Shown here: in pieces, positions 39,313 to 48,727 of the stretch | Numbering within the stretch: the stretch's first letter is position 1 | Layout of the letters: each line of letters opens with the position of its first letter | DNA from: an uncultured Methylomirabilota bacterium | GTDB taxonomy: Bacteria > Methylomirabilota > Methylomirabilia > Methylomirabilales > 2-02-FULL-66-22 | Length of the DNA: 64,000 nt | Reading direction: 5' to 3' | NCBI GenBank assembly: GCA_963845565.1 | Contig: CAWJSJ010000002.1 | Coordinates: forward strand, 768,001 to 832,000 | Translations under genes and position numbers: made by a program | The notes under the pieces: generated by a model | Told to the model about the DNA's origin: nothing | The model's database searches: none | The model's input: the letters and a program-made list of their open reading frames with translations, nothing else

Positions 39313-40317
39313 ATGAAACCGAGATTGGCGTGGGTGCTGGGCGATCCGGCGGGAATCGGACCGGAACTGGTTGCGAAGAGTCTGGCCGCTGCCGACATGA
39401 CGGCGGCCTGCCAGCCCGTCGTGGTCGGCCCGATGTGGCTCTTGCAGCGCGGGATGCGAGTCGCCAAGGTCAGCCTGCCTGCGGCCCGTTGCGATGCCGA
39501 CAACGTCGGCAACGTCTCGGCGGGCACCGTGCCGGTGGTGGACCCGGGGTGGCCGGAGCAAGAGCATCCCTACGGGGTGCTCAGCGCTGCGGCGGGGAAA
39601 CTGACCATCGAGATGCTGAAGGTCGCGATGGACATGGCGCGGGGCAAGCAAGTGGAGGGGGTCGTTTTCGGCCCGCTCAACAAGGAGGCCCTGAACAAGG
39701 GGGGCAATCCGCACAAGGACGAGTTGCACCTCTTTGCGGAGTGGCTGGGCGATCGCGACGTGAGCGAGATCAACGCCGCCGCCGGATTGGTCACCACTCG
39801 GGTCACGTCGCACATACCCCTCAAGGACGTCGCGGCGAGAATCCGCCCGGACCGGATCATGCTGGCGATCCGAATGTTGCATAAGACCTTGAAGGAAACC
39901 GGGACTGAGGACGGGAAGATCGGGGTCGCGGCCCTGAATCCGCACGGCGGAGAGCATGGCCTCTGCGGCACCGAGGAGATTGAGATCATCGAGCCGACCG
40001 TCACCCGGGCCCGGGCGGAGGGGATCCCTGCGCTCGGTCCCTTCCCGGCGGACACCATCTTCCTCCGCGCCAAGAAGGGGGAGTTCCAGGGTGTCGTGAT
40101 CATGTACCATGACCAGGGACAGATCGCCACGAAGCTCCTGGGGTTCGATCAGGGGGTGACGATCCAGGGCGGCCTCTCCGTGGTCACCACCACACCGGCG
40201 CACGGGACGGCCTTTGACATCGCTGGAAAAGGTGTCGCGAACCCGGGTGCGTTCCAGCAGGCGGTGCGATTGGCCGCCCGAATGGCCGCCGTTCGAGCGG
40301 CCGCCGACAACCGATAG
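39313..40317 (+). CDS. pdxA: PdxA family 4-hydroxythreonine/tetronate-4-phosphate dehydrogenase
   Basis: GDPAGIGPE, PLNKE, TSHIPL, ALNPHGGE, GPFPADT, MYHDQGQI, AHGTAFDIAGKG. Confidence 0.88.
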   Translation: MKPRLAWVLGDPAGIGPELVAKSLAAADMTAACQPVVVGPMWLLQRGMRVAKVSLPAARCDADNVGNVSAGTVPVVDPGWPEQEHPYGVLSAAAGKLTIEMLKVAMDMARGKQVEGVVFGPLNKEALNKGGNPHKDELHLFAEWLGDRDVSEINAAAGLVTTRVTSHIPLKDVAARIRPDRIMLAIRMLHKTLKETGTEDGKIGVAALNPHGGEHGLCGTEEIEIIEPTVTRARAEGIPALGPFPADTIFLRAKKGEFQGVVIMYHDQGQIATKLLGFDQGVTIQGGLSVVTTTPAHGTAFDIAGKGVANPGAFQQAVRLAARMAAVRAAADNR

Positions 40318-40333
40318 GATAGCCGAGGCACCG

Positions 40334-41212
40334 ATGCGTCCATCCGCAGACAACTTGCCGTTCAACCTGGAGAGCTTCCAGGGCCGCTTCGTTCCGGCCG
40401 ACATCAGCGCCGCGCCCTCGGATCGGGAGGGCCGCTGGTTCCTGACTCAGAATCAAAACATCTTCCTGTTGGAGCAGCGTCAGGGCGCCGACCGGATTCC
40501 GGTGGGCGCCATCCCCGCGGGCTTCACGGGCAAAGTGGAGAGCATCGTCCACTTCGGCACCTATCTCGGCGTGCCATGCTGGGCGGGGACCGTGGAGGCG
40601 GGCCTGGAGCCGCCACCAGGTTTCCGTCGCGAAAAGCTGGCGCCGGGGCAGATCGAGCTGAGCGATGACCTGCTCTCGCTCTGCGGCCTGGCGCAGCAGG
40701 CGACGTACTGGGAGGAGACCAGTTGGCATTGCCCCCGCTGCGGCGAGCCGACGGTCGCCATCAAGGGGGAGCGGGGAAAGCGCTGCCTTCGCTGCAAGTA
40801 CGACCATTACCCGCACCTGCACCCGGCCGTGATCGTCCTGATCCGGGACGGCGACCGTCTCCTCCTCACCCGGAAGTCGTTCTGGGCGAAAGGCCGATAT
40901 GGACTGGTGGCGGGGTTCGTGGACATCGGCGAGTCGCTGGAGGCCGCCGCCCGCCGCGAGATCCGCGAAGAGGTCGGCGTAGAGGTCCGCGATCTGCAAT
41001 ACGTCGCCAGCCAGTACTGGCCGTTTCCGAGCCAGCTCATGGTCGGATTCGTGGCTACCTATGTGAGCGGCGTCGTCCGCCCCGACCACACGGAGATCGA
41101 AGACGCGCGCTGGTTCCCCCTCACGGATCTCCCGGACCTTCCCGGCAAGCACAGTATTGCCCGGTTCATTCTCGACCACTATGCGCGATCGAACGGAGCC
41201 GGGCCTGCGTGA
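40334..41212 (+). CDS. nudC: NAD(H) diphosphatase
   Basis: Zn finger CPRC...CLRC; Nudix box AGFVDIGESLEAAARREIREEVG; SQYWPFPSQLM. Confidence 0.9.
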   Translation: MRPSADNLPFNLESFQGRFVPADISAAPSDREGRWFLTQNQNIFLLEQRQGADRIPVGAIPAGFTGKVESIVHFGTYLGVPCWAGTVEAGLEPPPGFRREKLAPGQIELSDDLLSLCGLAQQATYWEETSWHCPRCGEPTVAIKGERGKRCLRCKYDHYPHLHPAVIVLIRDGDRLLLTRKSFWAKGRYGLVAGFVDIGESLEAAARREIREEVGVEVRDLQYVASQYWPFPSQLMVGFVATYVSGVVRPDHTEIEDARWFPLTDLPDLPGKHSIARFILDHYARSNGAGPA

Positions 41213-41264
41213 TACTCCGCGCCGGCGAACCGCTGTTCATCCGATTTGTTGAAGGAGAGGACTC

Positions 41265-42260
41265 ATGCCACTGGTCGTCATCACGGACTGCGATCACGGG
41301 ACCATTGCCCCCGAGGAGGCGGTGCTGCGCGCCGCCGGCGTGGAGTACCGACTGCACCAAGCCAAGACCGAGGACGACGTCGTGGCCGTCGCGCGGGACG
41401 CCGACGCCATCATCCTCCAGTACGCGCCCATCACCGGACGGGTGCTCGACGGACTTCCCCGCTGCCGGGTCGCGGTCCGGTACGGCGTGGGGGTGGACAC
41501 CGTGGACCTGCAAGCGGCCACGGAGCGGGGCGTGGTGGTCGCCAACGTCCCGGATTACTGCATGGAGGAGGTCTCGGATCACGCCCTGGCGATGGGGCTG
41601 GCCCTCTGGCGCGGGATCGTGCTGTACGATCGCGCCATCCGCGGCGGAACCTGGAATGCTACGATGAAGACGCCCATGTACCGCTTGCGCGGGAAGGTGG
41701 TGGGTGTGATCGGGTTGGGGCGCATTGGCTCGTGCTTCGCCCGAAAGGCCGCGGGCGTCGGGATGACGGTGATCGGGTACGATCCATACCTGGCGGCGCT
41801 TCCGGAGGGAGTGCGATCCGTCTCGTTCGAGACGCTGCTTGGGGAGGCAGACCTGATTTCGCTTCACCTCCCCCTCAGCACGGCGACGAAGCACCTCATC
41901 AACGAAACCGCCCTGCGGCTCATGAAGCCAACTGCCCTGTTGGTCAACACCGCGCGGGGCGGGTTGGTGGACACCCAGGCACTCTGTGTCGCTCTGCAGG
42001 AGGGCCGGATCGGTGGCGCCGCGCTGGACACGCTTGAGCGAGAACCGATCCCGGCCGATTCGCCGCTGCTCACGTTCCCGAACGTGATCCTCGCGCCCCA
42101 CGCCGGCTGGTACTCCGATCAGTCGGTTGTGGATCTCAAGCGCAAGACGGCGGAGGCGGCGATCGCCGTCCTGCGAGGACAGCGGCCATACTCCCCGGTG
42201 AATCCGGAGGTGTACCAGAGCGCGAAGCTGCGCGGAAAAGCCCCGCTGCTCAAGGCCTAG
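41265..42260 (+). CDS. D-isomer-specific 2-hydroxyacid dehydrogenase (CtBP-like)
   Basis: RYGVGVD, NVPDYCMEEVSDH, GLGRIG, NTARG, PHAGWYS. Confidence 0.9.
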   Translation: MPLVVITDCDHGTIAPEEAVLRAAGVEYRLHQAKTEDDVVAVARDADAIILQYAPITGRVLDGLPRCRVAVRYGVGVDTVDLQAATERGVVVANVPDYCMEEVSDHALAMGLALWRGIVLYDRAIRGGTWNATMKTPMYRLRGKVVGVIGLGRIGSCFARKAAGVGMTVIGYDPYLAALPEGVRSVSFETLLGEADLISLHLPLSTATKHLINETALRLMKPTALLVNTARGGLVDTQALCVALQEGRIGGAALDTLEREPIPADSPLLTFPNVILAPHAGWYSDQSVVDLKRKTAEAAIAVLRGQRPYSPVNPEVYQSAKLRGKAPLLKA

Positions 42261-42373
42261 AAGGTGGCTGGGGCCGGGGATTGGGGGTCAGGCGGGAATA
42301 TCGACAGGGCGGATCTGGGAATCCTCGAGTACTTGTCAGGGTTCATGCCTGAATGAAGTCCGGGAGACGCACA

Positions 42374-43378
42374 ATGGCAGATGGCAGAGCACCGCTTCGA
42401 TTGGGTTTCATCGGCTGCGGACGCATTGCGCAGGCGCACCTGAAGGCGGCGGCGAACCTGTCGGATCCGGTTCGCGTCGTGGCGATTGCCGGCCGTCGGC
42501 GTGACCGCGCCGAGGCGACGGCGCGCGAGTTCGGCGTCGCCGGGGTCTATGACGATTACCGACAACTCCTCCGCGATCCGGGTGTCCAGGCCGTGGTTGT
42601 CACCACGCCAAACGACTCCCACGCCGGGATCGTTTGCGATGCCGCGAAGGCGGGGAAGCACATTCTGGTCGAGAAGCCGATGGCGCTCGACACCGCGTCC
42701 GCCGAGGCCATGGTGCGGGCTGCCGACGCAGCCGGCGTGACTCTAATGGTCGCCCAGAGCCGGCGCTTCTCGGACGCCGTCCAGACCATGGTGCGGCACC
42801 TGCCGGAGATCGGGGATCTCATCCGGGTCCATATCACGTTTCTCGTTTCCTTCGCGCAGCCACCCACCGACTGGTGGCGCTCGGCGGCTCAGGCCGGCGG
42901 ACTGGTCATCTTTCTCCAGGGCAGTCATTCCCTCGACAGCGTCTTCTGGTGGTTCGGCAAGGCGCCGCAAACCGTCTACGCGACCGGCGCCCGCACCAAC
43001 GCCGCATGGGAGGGCGAAGACGAGGCGGACATTCTCTGCCGTTTCGCGAACGGAAGAGTCGCCAGCGTGCACCTGTCGCTCAGTACCAGCCCCGCCGTCC
43101 ACGAGGCGCTGGTGGTGGGCACCAAGGGGCAATTCCGGCTTGTCGAGCGCCCCGCAGGTCCGCCGTTCGAGAACGTGTACCGGCTGGAAAAGAACGGCGA
43201 GGTGCTCATGGAAGGCCTGCAAGCGCCGAGCCTTTACACGCGCCAGCTCGCCGAGTTCGCGGGCGCGTTGCGAGAGGGGCGAACGCCGATGGCCTCCGGG
43301 CGCGAGGTGCTGACCGTGATGCGCATGCTGGATGCGGCGCGAGCGTCGCTGCAGAGCGGCCAGGCGGTTGCGGTATAG
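42374..43378 (+). CDS. Gfo/Idh/MocA oxidoreductase
   Basis: GCGRIA, TTPNDSH, KHILVEKPMA, HSLD. Confidence 0.9.
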   Translation: MADGRAPLRLGFIGCGRIAQAHLKAAANLSDPVRVVAIAGRRRDRAEATAREFGVAGVYDDYRQLLRDPGVQAVVVTTPNDSHAGIVCDAAKAGKHILVEKPMALDTASAEAMVRAADAAGVTLMVAQSRRFSDAVQTMVRHLPEIGDLIRVHITFLVSFAQPPTDWWRSAAQAGGLVIFLQGSHSLDSVFWWFGKAPQTVYATGARTNAAWEGEDEADILCRFANGRVASVHLSLSTSPAVHEALVVGTKGQFRLVERPAGPPFENVYRLEKNGEVLMEGLQAPSLYTRQLAEFAGALREGRTPMASGREVLTVMRMLDAARASLQSGQAVAV

Positions 43379-43459
43379 CACCGGGACCCCACCGATCGTG
43401 CCGCGTCACGCGGAAACGAGTGACAGGGCCAGGACGATGACACCAAAGGAGGAGCGACC

Positions 43460-44224
43460 ATGAGCAACTTCCGGCTGGATGGGAAAGTGGCCCTGGTGAC
43501 AGGCGGGGCCTCAGGGATCGGGAGAGCCGTCTCCTTGGCGCTGGCCGAGCAGGGGGCGTCGGTCGCGGTCCACTACTTCAACAGCGCCACCAGCGCGGAG
43601 GCGGTGGTGGCCGCCGTCAAGATCGGCGGTTCGAAGGCCGTCGGCATCCAGGCGGATCTGACGAAGGCCGGCGAACCGGACCGGGTGGTCGCGGCGACGC
43701 TGAAGGAGCTGGGAGGGCTCGACATCCTGGTGAACAACGCCGGCTTCCTGGTGCAGCGCTGCCCCATCGCCGAGATGCCCGACGAGCTGTTCCGTACCAT
43801 CATGGACGTGAACCTGACTTCGACGTTCTGGATGTGCCGTGCCGCCCTGCGCCACATGCTTCCCAAGCAGTCGGGGAACATCGTGAACATGTCCTCGGCC
43901 GCCGCGTTCACCGGGGGCGGCGGCGGTGCGACGGTGTACGCCACCAGCAAAGCCGCCATCGTCGGATTCACCCGGGCGCTGGCCAAGGAGGTCGGCCCCA
44001 AGGGCATCCGCGTCAACGCCGTGGCCCCCGGCCAGATCGCCACGCAGTTCCACGAGCGCTTCAGCACGCCCGAGGGGCGCGCCAATACCGTGAAGACCAT
44101 TCCGCTCGGCCGCGAAGGCGCCGCGGAGGAGATCGCCGGCGCGGTGGCCTACCTCGCGTCCCCCGCCGCCAGCTTCGTGAGCGGCGAGGTCCTGGGCATC
44201 AACGGCGCCATGACCTTCCACTGA
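43460..44224 (+). CDS. SDR family oxidoreductase
   Basis: TGGASGIG, NNAG, YATSK, IRVNAVAPG. Confidence 0.93.
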   Translation: MSNFRLDGKVALVTGGASGIGRAVSLALAEQGASVAVHYFNSATSAEAVVAAVKIGGSKAVGIQADLTKAGEPDRVVAATLKELGGLDILVNNAGFLVQRCPIAEMPDELFRTIMDVNLTSTFWMCRAALRHMLPKQSGNIVNMSSAAAFTGGGGGATVYATSKAAIVGFTRALAKEVGPKGIRVNAVAPGQIATQFHERFSTPEGRANTVKTIPLGREGAAEEIAGAVAYLASPAASFVSGEVLGINGAMTFH

Positions 44225-44527
44225 GAAGGAAGGTTTCACCACAAGACGCACAAAACGCACAAGGAAACCAACAGCAAGGTCTGCGCTGCGAAGACTACAC
44301 CGCGCCGAGCGCTCGGCTTCCCAGACACCACGACAGCCTCGGGTCCTTCCCCGAGGCCGTCGTGGTCCCCGCCTTAACCTGCAACCCGCGCTGCGAACCG
44401 GGACCTCAGCCGGTTTTTCCGGTAGCCGATGCTCCGCGCCGCCGTAACGTGGCGGAGAACGGAACGCCCCTGTTATTCCCCGGCCCGTCGTGTCGTCCGG
44501 CGCCTCGTGGCGTCAGAAATGCCGGGG

Positions 44528-45061
44528 TCACCGCGGGATGGTTCCGCAGGCGATGCGCAGGCCGCCGCCGCCCAGCGGGGCAGGCTGGTCAGCGTAGTTG
44601 TCACCCCCGGCGTGGATCACGAGCGCGAGCCCCCGGACCTGGGTCACCGTGAGGCGTGGGGCGGTGACCGCCGTGGTACCGCGACCATCGGTGGCGACCT
44701 CTAGGACCGGCAGGTCCCCGAGATGGCCGGTGCCGGCCGGGCCGAGATGCGTGCCAGTCCCTTGGGGATCGAAGTGGCCGCCCGCAGCGCCCGCCGGAAC
44801 GGGTTTGCCCTCGGTCAGGGTCACCCCGCAGTCCCCGCGCGCGTGGACATGAAAGCCATGGCCGCCGGGGGGCAGGCCGGCGAGATTGGGCGTCATGACC
44901 AACCCGCCGGGACTATCCATCAACGTCACCGTGCCGATCGTGGCCCCAACCCCCTGCTCGGTCACCAGGACCATGGGCACGCTGACCTGGGCGGCTGCCA
45001 CGGGCACCGCGATCGCGATCAGGGCCACGGCCATTACGCTGAGCCGGATCCGCATCGTCAT
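44528..45061 (-). CDS. sodC: Cu/Zn superoxide dismutase, exported
   Basis: HGFHVH, GGHFDP, HLGP, GHLGDLP, IHAGGDNY, GGGGLRIACG; signal peptide. Confidence 0.93.
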   Translation of the reverse strand: MTMRIRLSVMAVALIAIAVPVAAAQVSVPMVLVTEQGVGATIGTVTLMDSPGGLVMTPNLAGLPPGGHGFHVHARGDCGVTLTEGKPVPAGAAGGHFDPQGTGTHLGPAGTGHLGDLPVLEVATDGRGTTAVTAPRLTVTQVRGLALVIHAGGDNYADQPAPLGGGGLRIACGTIPR

Positions 45062-45273
45062 TCCCTCCTCTGGAGAGCGGTTCAAACCGGGGGCCGATTC
45101 GGCTGACCGGGTTTTTGTCAGAGACCGAGCCGGCCTTTGGGCCCGTTGTCTTCAGCTGCTACTGCGCAGACTCCGAGCCAACGCGCGATTTCGATTTCGA
45201 CCGCCAGATTCGGACTCGATCAGAGACGCGTGACAGGCTGAGGAAGATAGACAGCGTTCTGCCCTCTTCGCCG

Positions 45274-45672
45274 TCACATCACGGTCCGCAAATCCGCGCC
45301 CAAGTACCCGGTGATCACGATCAGCACCGCCCCGACCAGCGAGAGCACGAGCAGCGTGCCGGCGAGGCGGTTCTCTGACCGGAACCGCCACCCGAGGTTG
45401 ACCGCGTACACCACCGTCGCGGCATAGGCCACTCCGCTGTGCAGGCGGTGTCGCAGAAGCAATCCGGGTCCGACGCCTTGCCGCTCTTGCTCCAACAGGT
45501 CGATCCACCCCGACACAATGCTAACAAGCGCGCCCAGGAGTCCGAGCCCCACCAGCCAGTACGCGGTGCGCCGGTAGACGGGGTCTTCGTAGCGCCAGGC
45601 CAGGAGATCAAAAAGGGTACTCGTGAGCCAGAGCGCCAGAGGGAAATGGACCGCGAAGGGATGAAAGAGCAT
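45274..45672 (-). CDS. DUF2231 family membrane protein
   Basis: HPFAVHFPLAL; four TM segments; TGYLGADL. Confidence 0.8.
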   Translation of the reverse strand: MLFHPFAVHFPLALWLTSTLFDLLAWRYEDPVYRRTAYWLVGLGLLGALVSIVSGWIDLLEQERQGVGPGLLLRHRLHSGVAYAATVVYAVNLGWRFRSENRLAGTLLVLSLVGAVLIVITGYLGADLRTVM

Positions 45673-45703
45673 CCTCGTTCACCTCGGGGCAGATGGGCCA
45701 GAC

Positions 45704-46144
45704 CTACTGCGCCTTTGCGGCATTGTCGAGCACCATGTTCACGATACGCGCCGCAGCCTTCGCCGCTCCCAGGTTGTCAGACGCGAGGGCCTGCCCCGCG
45801 ATCTGCGCCGCCCACCACACTTCGTAGTACTGGTTGTTTTCCCGTTTCGCCGCCTTCTGGTCAGGCAGGTACCCGTTGCCCTGGCCTTGGCACGGATTGC
45901 CCGCCGCGACGTTGAACAGCTTGTCTTGGGGGCCGACCAGGCAGTTGAGCGCATGGTGGAGGTGCAGTGTGACCTCCTTCATGGACTCATACTTTGCGGC
46001 AAACCCGGCGTGCGTGACCGCGGTCTTGAGCTCGGCCGAGGGATCGCCAGCCGCCGTCACCGGGGCGGACTGCACCAGCATCCACGTCGCTGCGCCCGCG
46101 AGAAGCATGCCGACCCCCGCCCTGCTCCGCCGTTTCCCCTTCAT
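45704..46144 (-). CDS. Exported hypothetical protein (His/Cys motifs)
   Basis: GGAGGAGGAGG RBS; signal peptide; TAVTHA, HLHHALNCLVG, GNPC. Confidence 0.75.
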   Translation of the reverse strand: MKGKRRSRAGVGMLLAGAATWMLVQSAPVTAAGDPSAELKTAVTHAGFAAKYESMKEVTLHLHHALNCLVGPQDKLFNVAAGNPCQGQGNGYLPDQKAAKRENNQYYEVWWAAQIAGQALASDNLGAAKAAARIVNMVLDNAAKAQ

Positions 46145-46565
46145 GGTCCACCTCCTCCTCCGAAATTTCCACAGTCTGCAGGCGCGACCTCCGCGTGTCT
46201 CGGGAAAGCCCCACCCTCGCCTCGCCACGTGCGTGGGAACCGAGGGCTTCCCGCGCCCAACTCGGAGCCGGACTCGTGCCGTGCGCGGTGTCGTGCCGAC
46301 AGCTCGCAGCGCGGAGCCGCGCTCGCGTTTCTTATGTAGGTTGGTAACACTTGCCCGTCAAGGGGAATTGGCCTGGCGCCGGGGCTTTGGCGCCGACCGG
46401 CGGGACGGCGGCCACCGACCGACCGGGCATGCGCCAGCGGGGCCGTGGTCACCCCGCCCCATCCACCGGAGGCCCACGTTCGTGGGCCCCTCCCGATCGC
46501 CATACCTTGGTGGTCCCTCTTCGCCTCTTGCCTTTGACCGGTAGCCCGGATACGCTGGTACCGCC

Positions 46566-47984
46566 ATGATGATTCCCGTGGTGCATCCCCGCTGCCAGCA
46601 TCCGCTCTTCCGGACGGGACGCTGTGCCCTCGGGCTCTTCCTCCTCGGCCTGTCCTTGTTCGGAGCCGGCGTCGCTGCCGGCGCGGACGAGGTCCAGCTC
46701 CAGGCGAGCATCCTGCGGGTGAAGCCGGCGGTCGTCCTGATCAGCAACGAGATCGCCGCCGACGTCACGGTGAACTGCGGCACCGGTCCCCTCCGGCAGG
46801 TGCGGCCGGATCCCACCTACGAGACCGGGAGCGGCTTCATTGTGCACCCGGACGGATACATCGCTACCAACGGTCACGTGGTCACCCAGTATTACGACAT
46901 GAACGAGGCGAGGCTGACCCAGGACTTCCTGAAGCGGGCGGTCGCCCAGGCCTGCGGACCCGCGCTGGCGATGGTCCCGGATGGCGCCCGGAAGATCCGG
47001 CTGCAGGCCATCGCGGCAGACCCCGTCAACCGCGGGAAGGTGCAGCTATTCAAGCGGCTCCAGGTGCACCTGTCCACGGGGGAGACCTACGCGGCCGAGA
47101 TCAAGGCGTATAGCCCCGCGATCAAGCCGGCAGAGGCACCGTCCGCGAGCACGCGGGCATCGGCGGGCGCCGGACTCGAGCCGGAGCACTCGGGGAAGGA
47201 TGTCGCGCTCCTCAAGATCGATGCGCACGACCTGCCCACGGTCCGCCTGGCGCCGAGCAGCGCCAACCTCAGATTGGGCGAGCAAGTCTTCGTCCTCGGG
47301 TACCCGGGGGTGGTCCTGAACCATGACTTTCTGAGCCGGAATTCGCAACTGGAGGCGTCGGTGACGGTGGGGCGCGTATCCGGCTTCAAAATCGATCTGA
47401 CCAATCGGCGGGTGATCCAGACCGATGCATCCATCACGTGGGGGAACAGCGGCGGGCCGGCGTTCAATCTCCAGGGCGACGTGATCGGCGTGGCGACCTT
47501 CATCTCGACCACGATCGAGGGCGATCAGGCGATCCAAGGATTCAACTTTCTGATTCCGGTGGACTCGGTCCGCGAATTCGCCCGGCAGATCGGCGTCGTG
47601 CCGGAGCCGGACACCCTCTTCATGCGAGAGTGGAGCCAGGGAGTGAATGCCTACTTTGCCGGGGAGTACCGGCGGAGCCTCGCGCACACGGACGCCGCCA
47701 CCCGGATCATGGCCGGCTTCCCGGATATTGACCGCCTGCGCGCCGACGCGCAGATGCAGGTGGACAAGAACCCGCGCTTCATGCGGCTTGGGAAGAAGTT
47801 CGGCCTCGGCCTGGGTGCGGTGGCCACCGTGGCCTTGCTGGCGTTCGGGATCCGGACCCTGCGCAGGCGCCGGTCTCCCCCGCCGCCGCGCGCGATCCGC
47901 CGCCCGCGTCCGTTTCGCCGCGGACCATTCAGGCGTTCGGGTCCTTCACGCGTGGGTCAATTCAGACCGAGGCTACCCAGGTAA
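46566..47984 (+). CDS. Trypsin-like (S1C) serine protease with C-terminal membrane anchor
   Basis: GSGFIV, TNGHVV, DVALLK, GNSGGP. Confidence 0.88.
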   Translation: MMIPVVHPRCQHPLFRTGRCALGLFLLGLSLFGAGVAAGADEVQLQASILRVKPAVVLISNEIAADVTVNCGTGPLRQVRPDPTYETGSGFIVHPDGYIATNGHVVTQYYDMNEARLTQDFLKRAVAQACGPALAMVPDGARKIRLQAIAADPVNRGKVQLFKRLQVHLSTGETYAAEIKAYSPAIKPAEAPSASTRASAGAGLEPEHSGKDVALLKIDAHDLPTVRLAPSSANLRLGEQVFVLGYPGVVLNHDFLSRNSQLEASVTVGRVSGFKIDLTNRRVIQTDASITWGNSGGPAFNLQGDVIGVATFISTTIEGDQAIQGFNFLIPVDSVREFARQIGVVPEPDTLFMREWSQGVNAYFAGEYRRSLAHTDAATRIMAGFPDIDRLRADAQMQVDKNPRFMRLGKKFGLGLGAVATVALLAFGIRTLRRRRSPPPPRAIRRPRPFRRGPFRRSGPSRVGQFRPRLPR

Positions 47985-48255
47985 TGGGTCAGGGCGGTCT
48001 CGGGCCGGCCGAGGTCTCGATCGGCGTCGCGACCATTCCCCGACTTCTTCATCGGCGCCACGCCGCGGTGGCCGGACAGCAACTGCTCACGCGGGATAGC
48101 CGGCGCTCCGGACCTACTTTCCTTCCGTCGCGATCATCGCCCCCGTTCGCACATAACCGCGCCCCGCTCCCGGTCGTTCCACAATCCCCATGTCTCCGGA
48201 TTTCTCGGAATTCCCCCTGACAACAGCGGCCTCCGCCCCGCAGGCTCCCGCAATC

Positions 48256-48273
48256 AGTATGGTGTCCCCGGAA
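48256..48273 (+). repeat. Second copy of the 18-bp AGTATGGTGTCCCCGGAA motif
   Basis: Identical to 18232-18249; a degenerate TGTCTCCGGATTT lies at about 48191. Confidence 0.7.
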
Positions 48274-48354
48274 TTCCGGACGGAGATGCGGGGAGACGCC
48301 GTTTCGTCCGCGCGCCGACGCGTGGCGGCTACACTTCCTGCAAGGTCGGCGTGG

Positions 48355-48640
48355 CTAACGGGCGAAGCTAATCCACCAGAACCCCTCGATCACCGGTTTC
48401 GCCTCGACGACCTTCACCTTGTCGCCCCGACGTAGCACACCCATCGCACGTTGGTTGCGATCCACGCCGCTTGCCCCAGTACACGATGTAACCTGCCCGC
48501 ACGTTCACGGAATCCTCGGCCACCGCTTCGTCTCCCGCCTGGGGCGGCCTCTCGACCTGCTCCTGGAATGCGGAACGTGCTTTTCCGACGCACGCCCCGC
48601 TTGCCCCGTGGACCCCGAAGAACGCGAAGCCCTTTGCGGG
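48355..48640 (-). pseudogene. Possible frameshifted remnant with an SH3b-like C-terminus
   Basis: ...DSVNVRAGY... followed in another frame by GVLRRGDKVKVVEAK...WWISFAR-stop. Confidence 0.3.
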
Positions 48641-48727
48641 CGCCGGGGCGATGGCCGCGGGGGCCGCGCTTCCGGGCGGTGTAGGCGCCGGAACGCCCCG
48701 GCCGTTGTGTCAGCCGCTGGTCGTCGC

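Noticed and set aside
44236..44275. A/C-rich CACAAGACGCACAAAACGCACAAGG repeat after the SDR gene
   Set aside because: Single short occurrence with no associated gene or inverted partner in the window.
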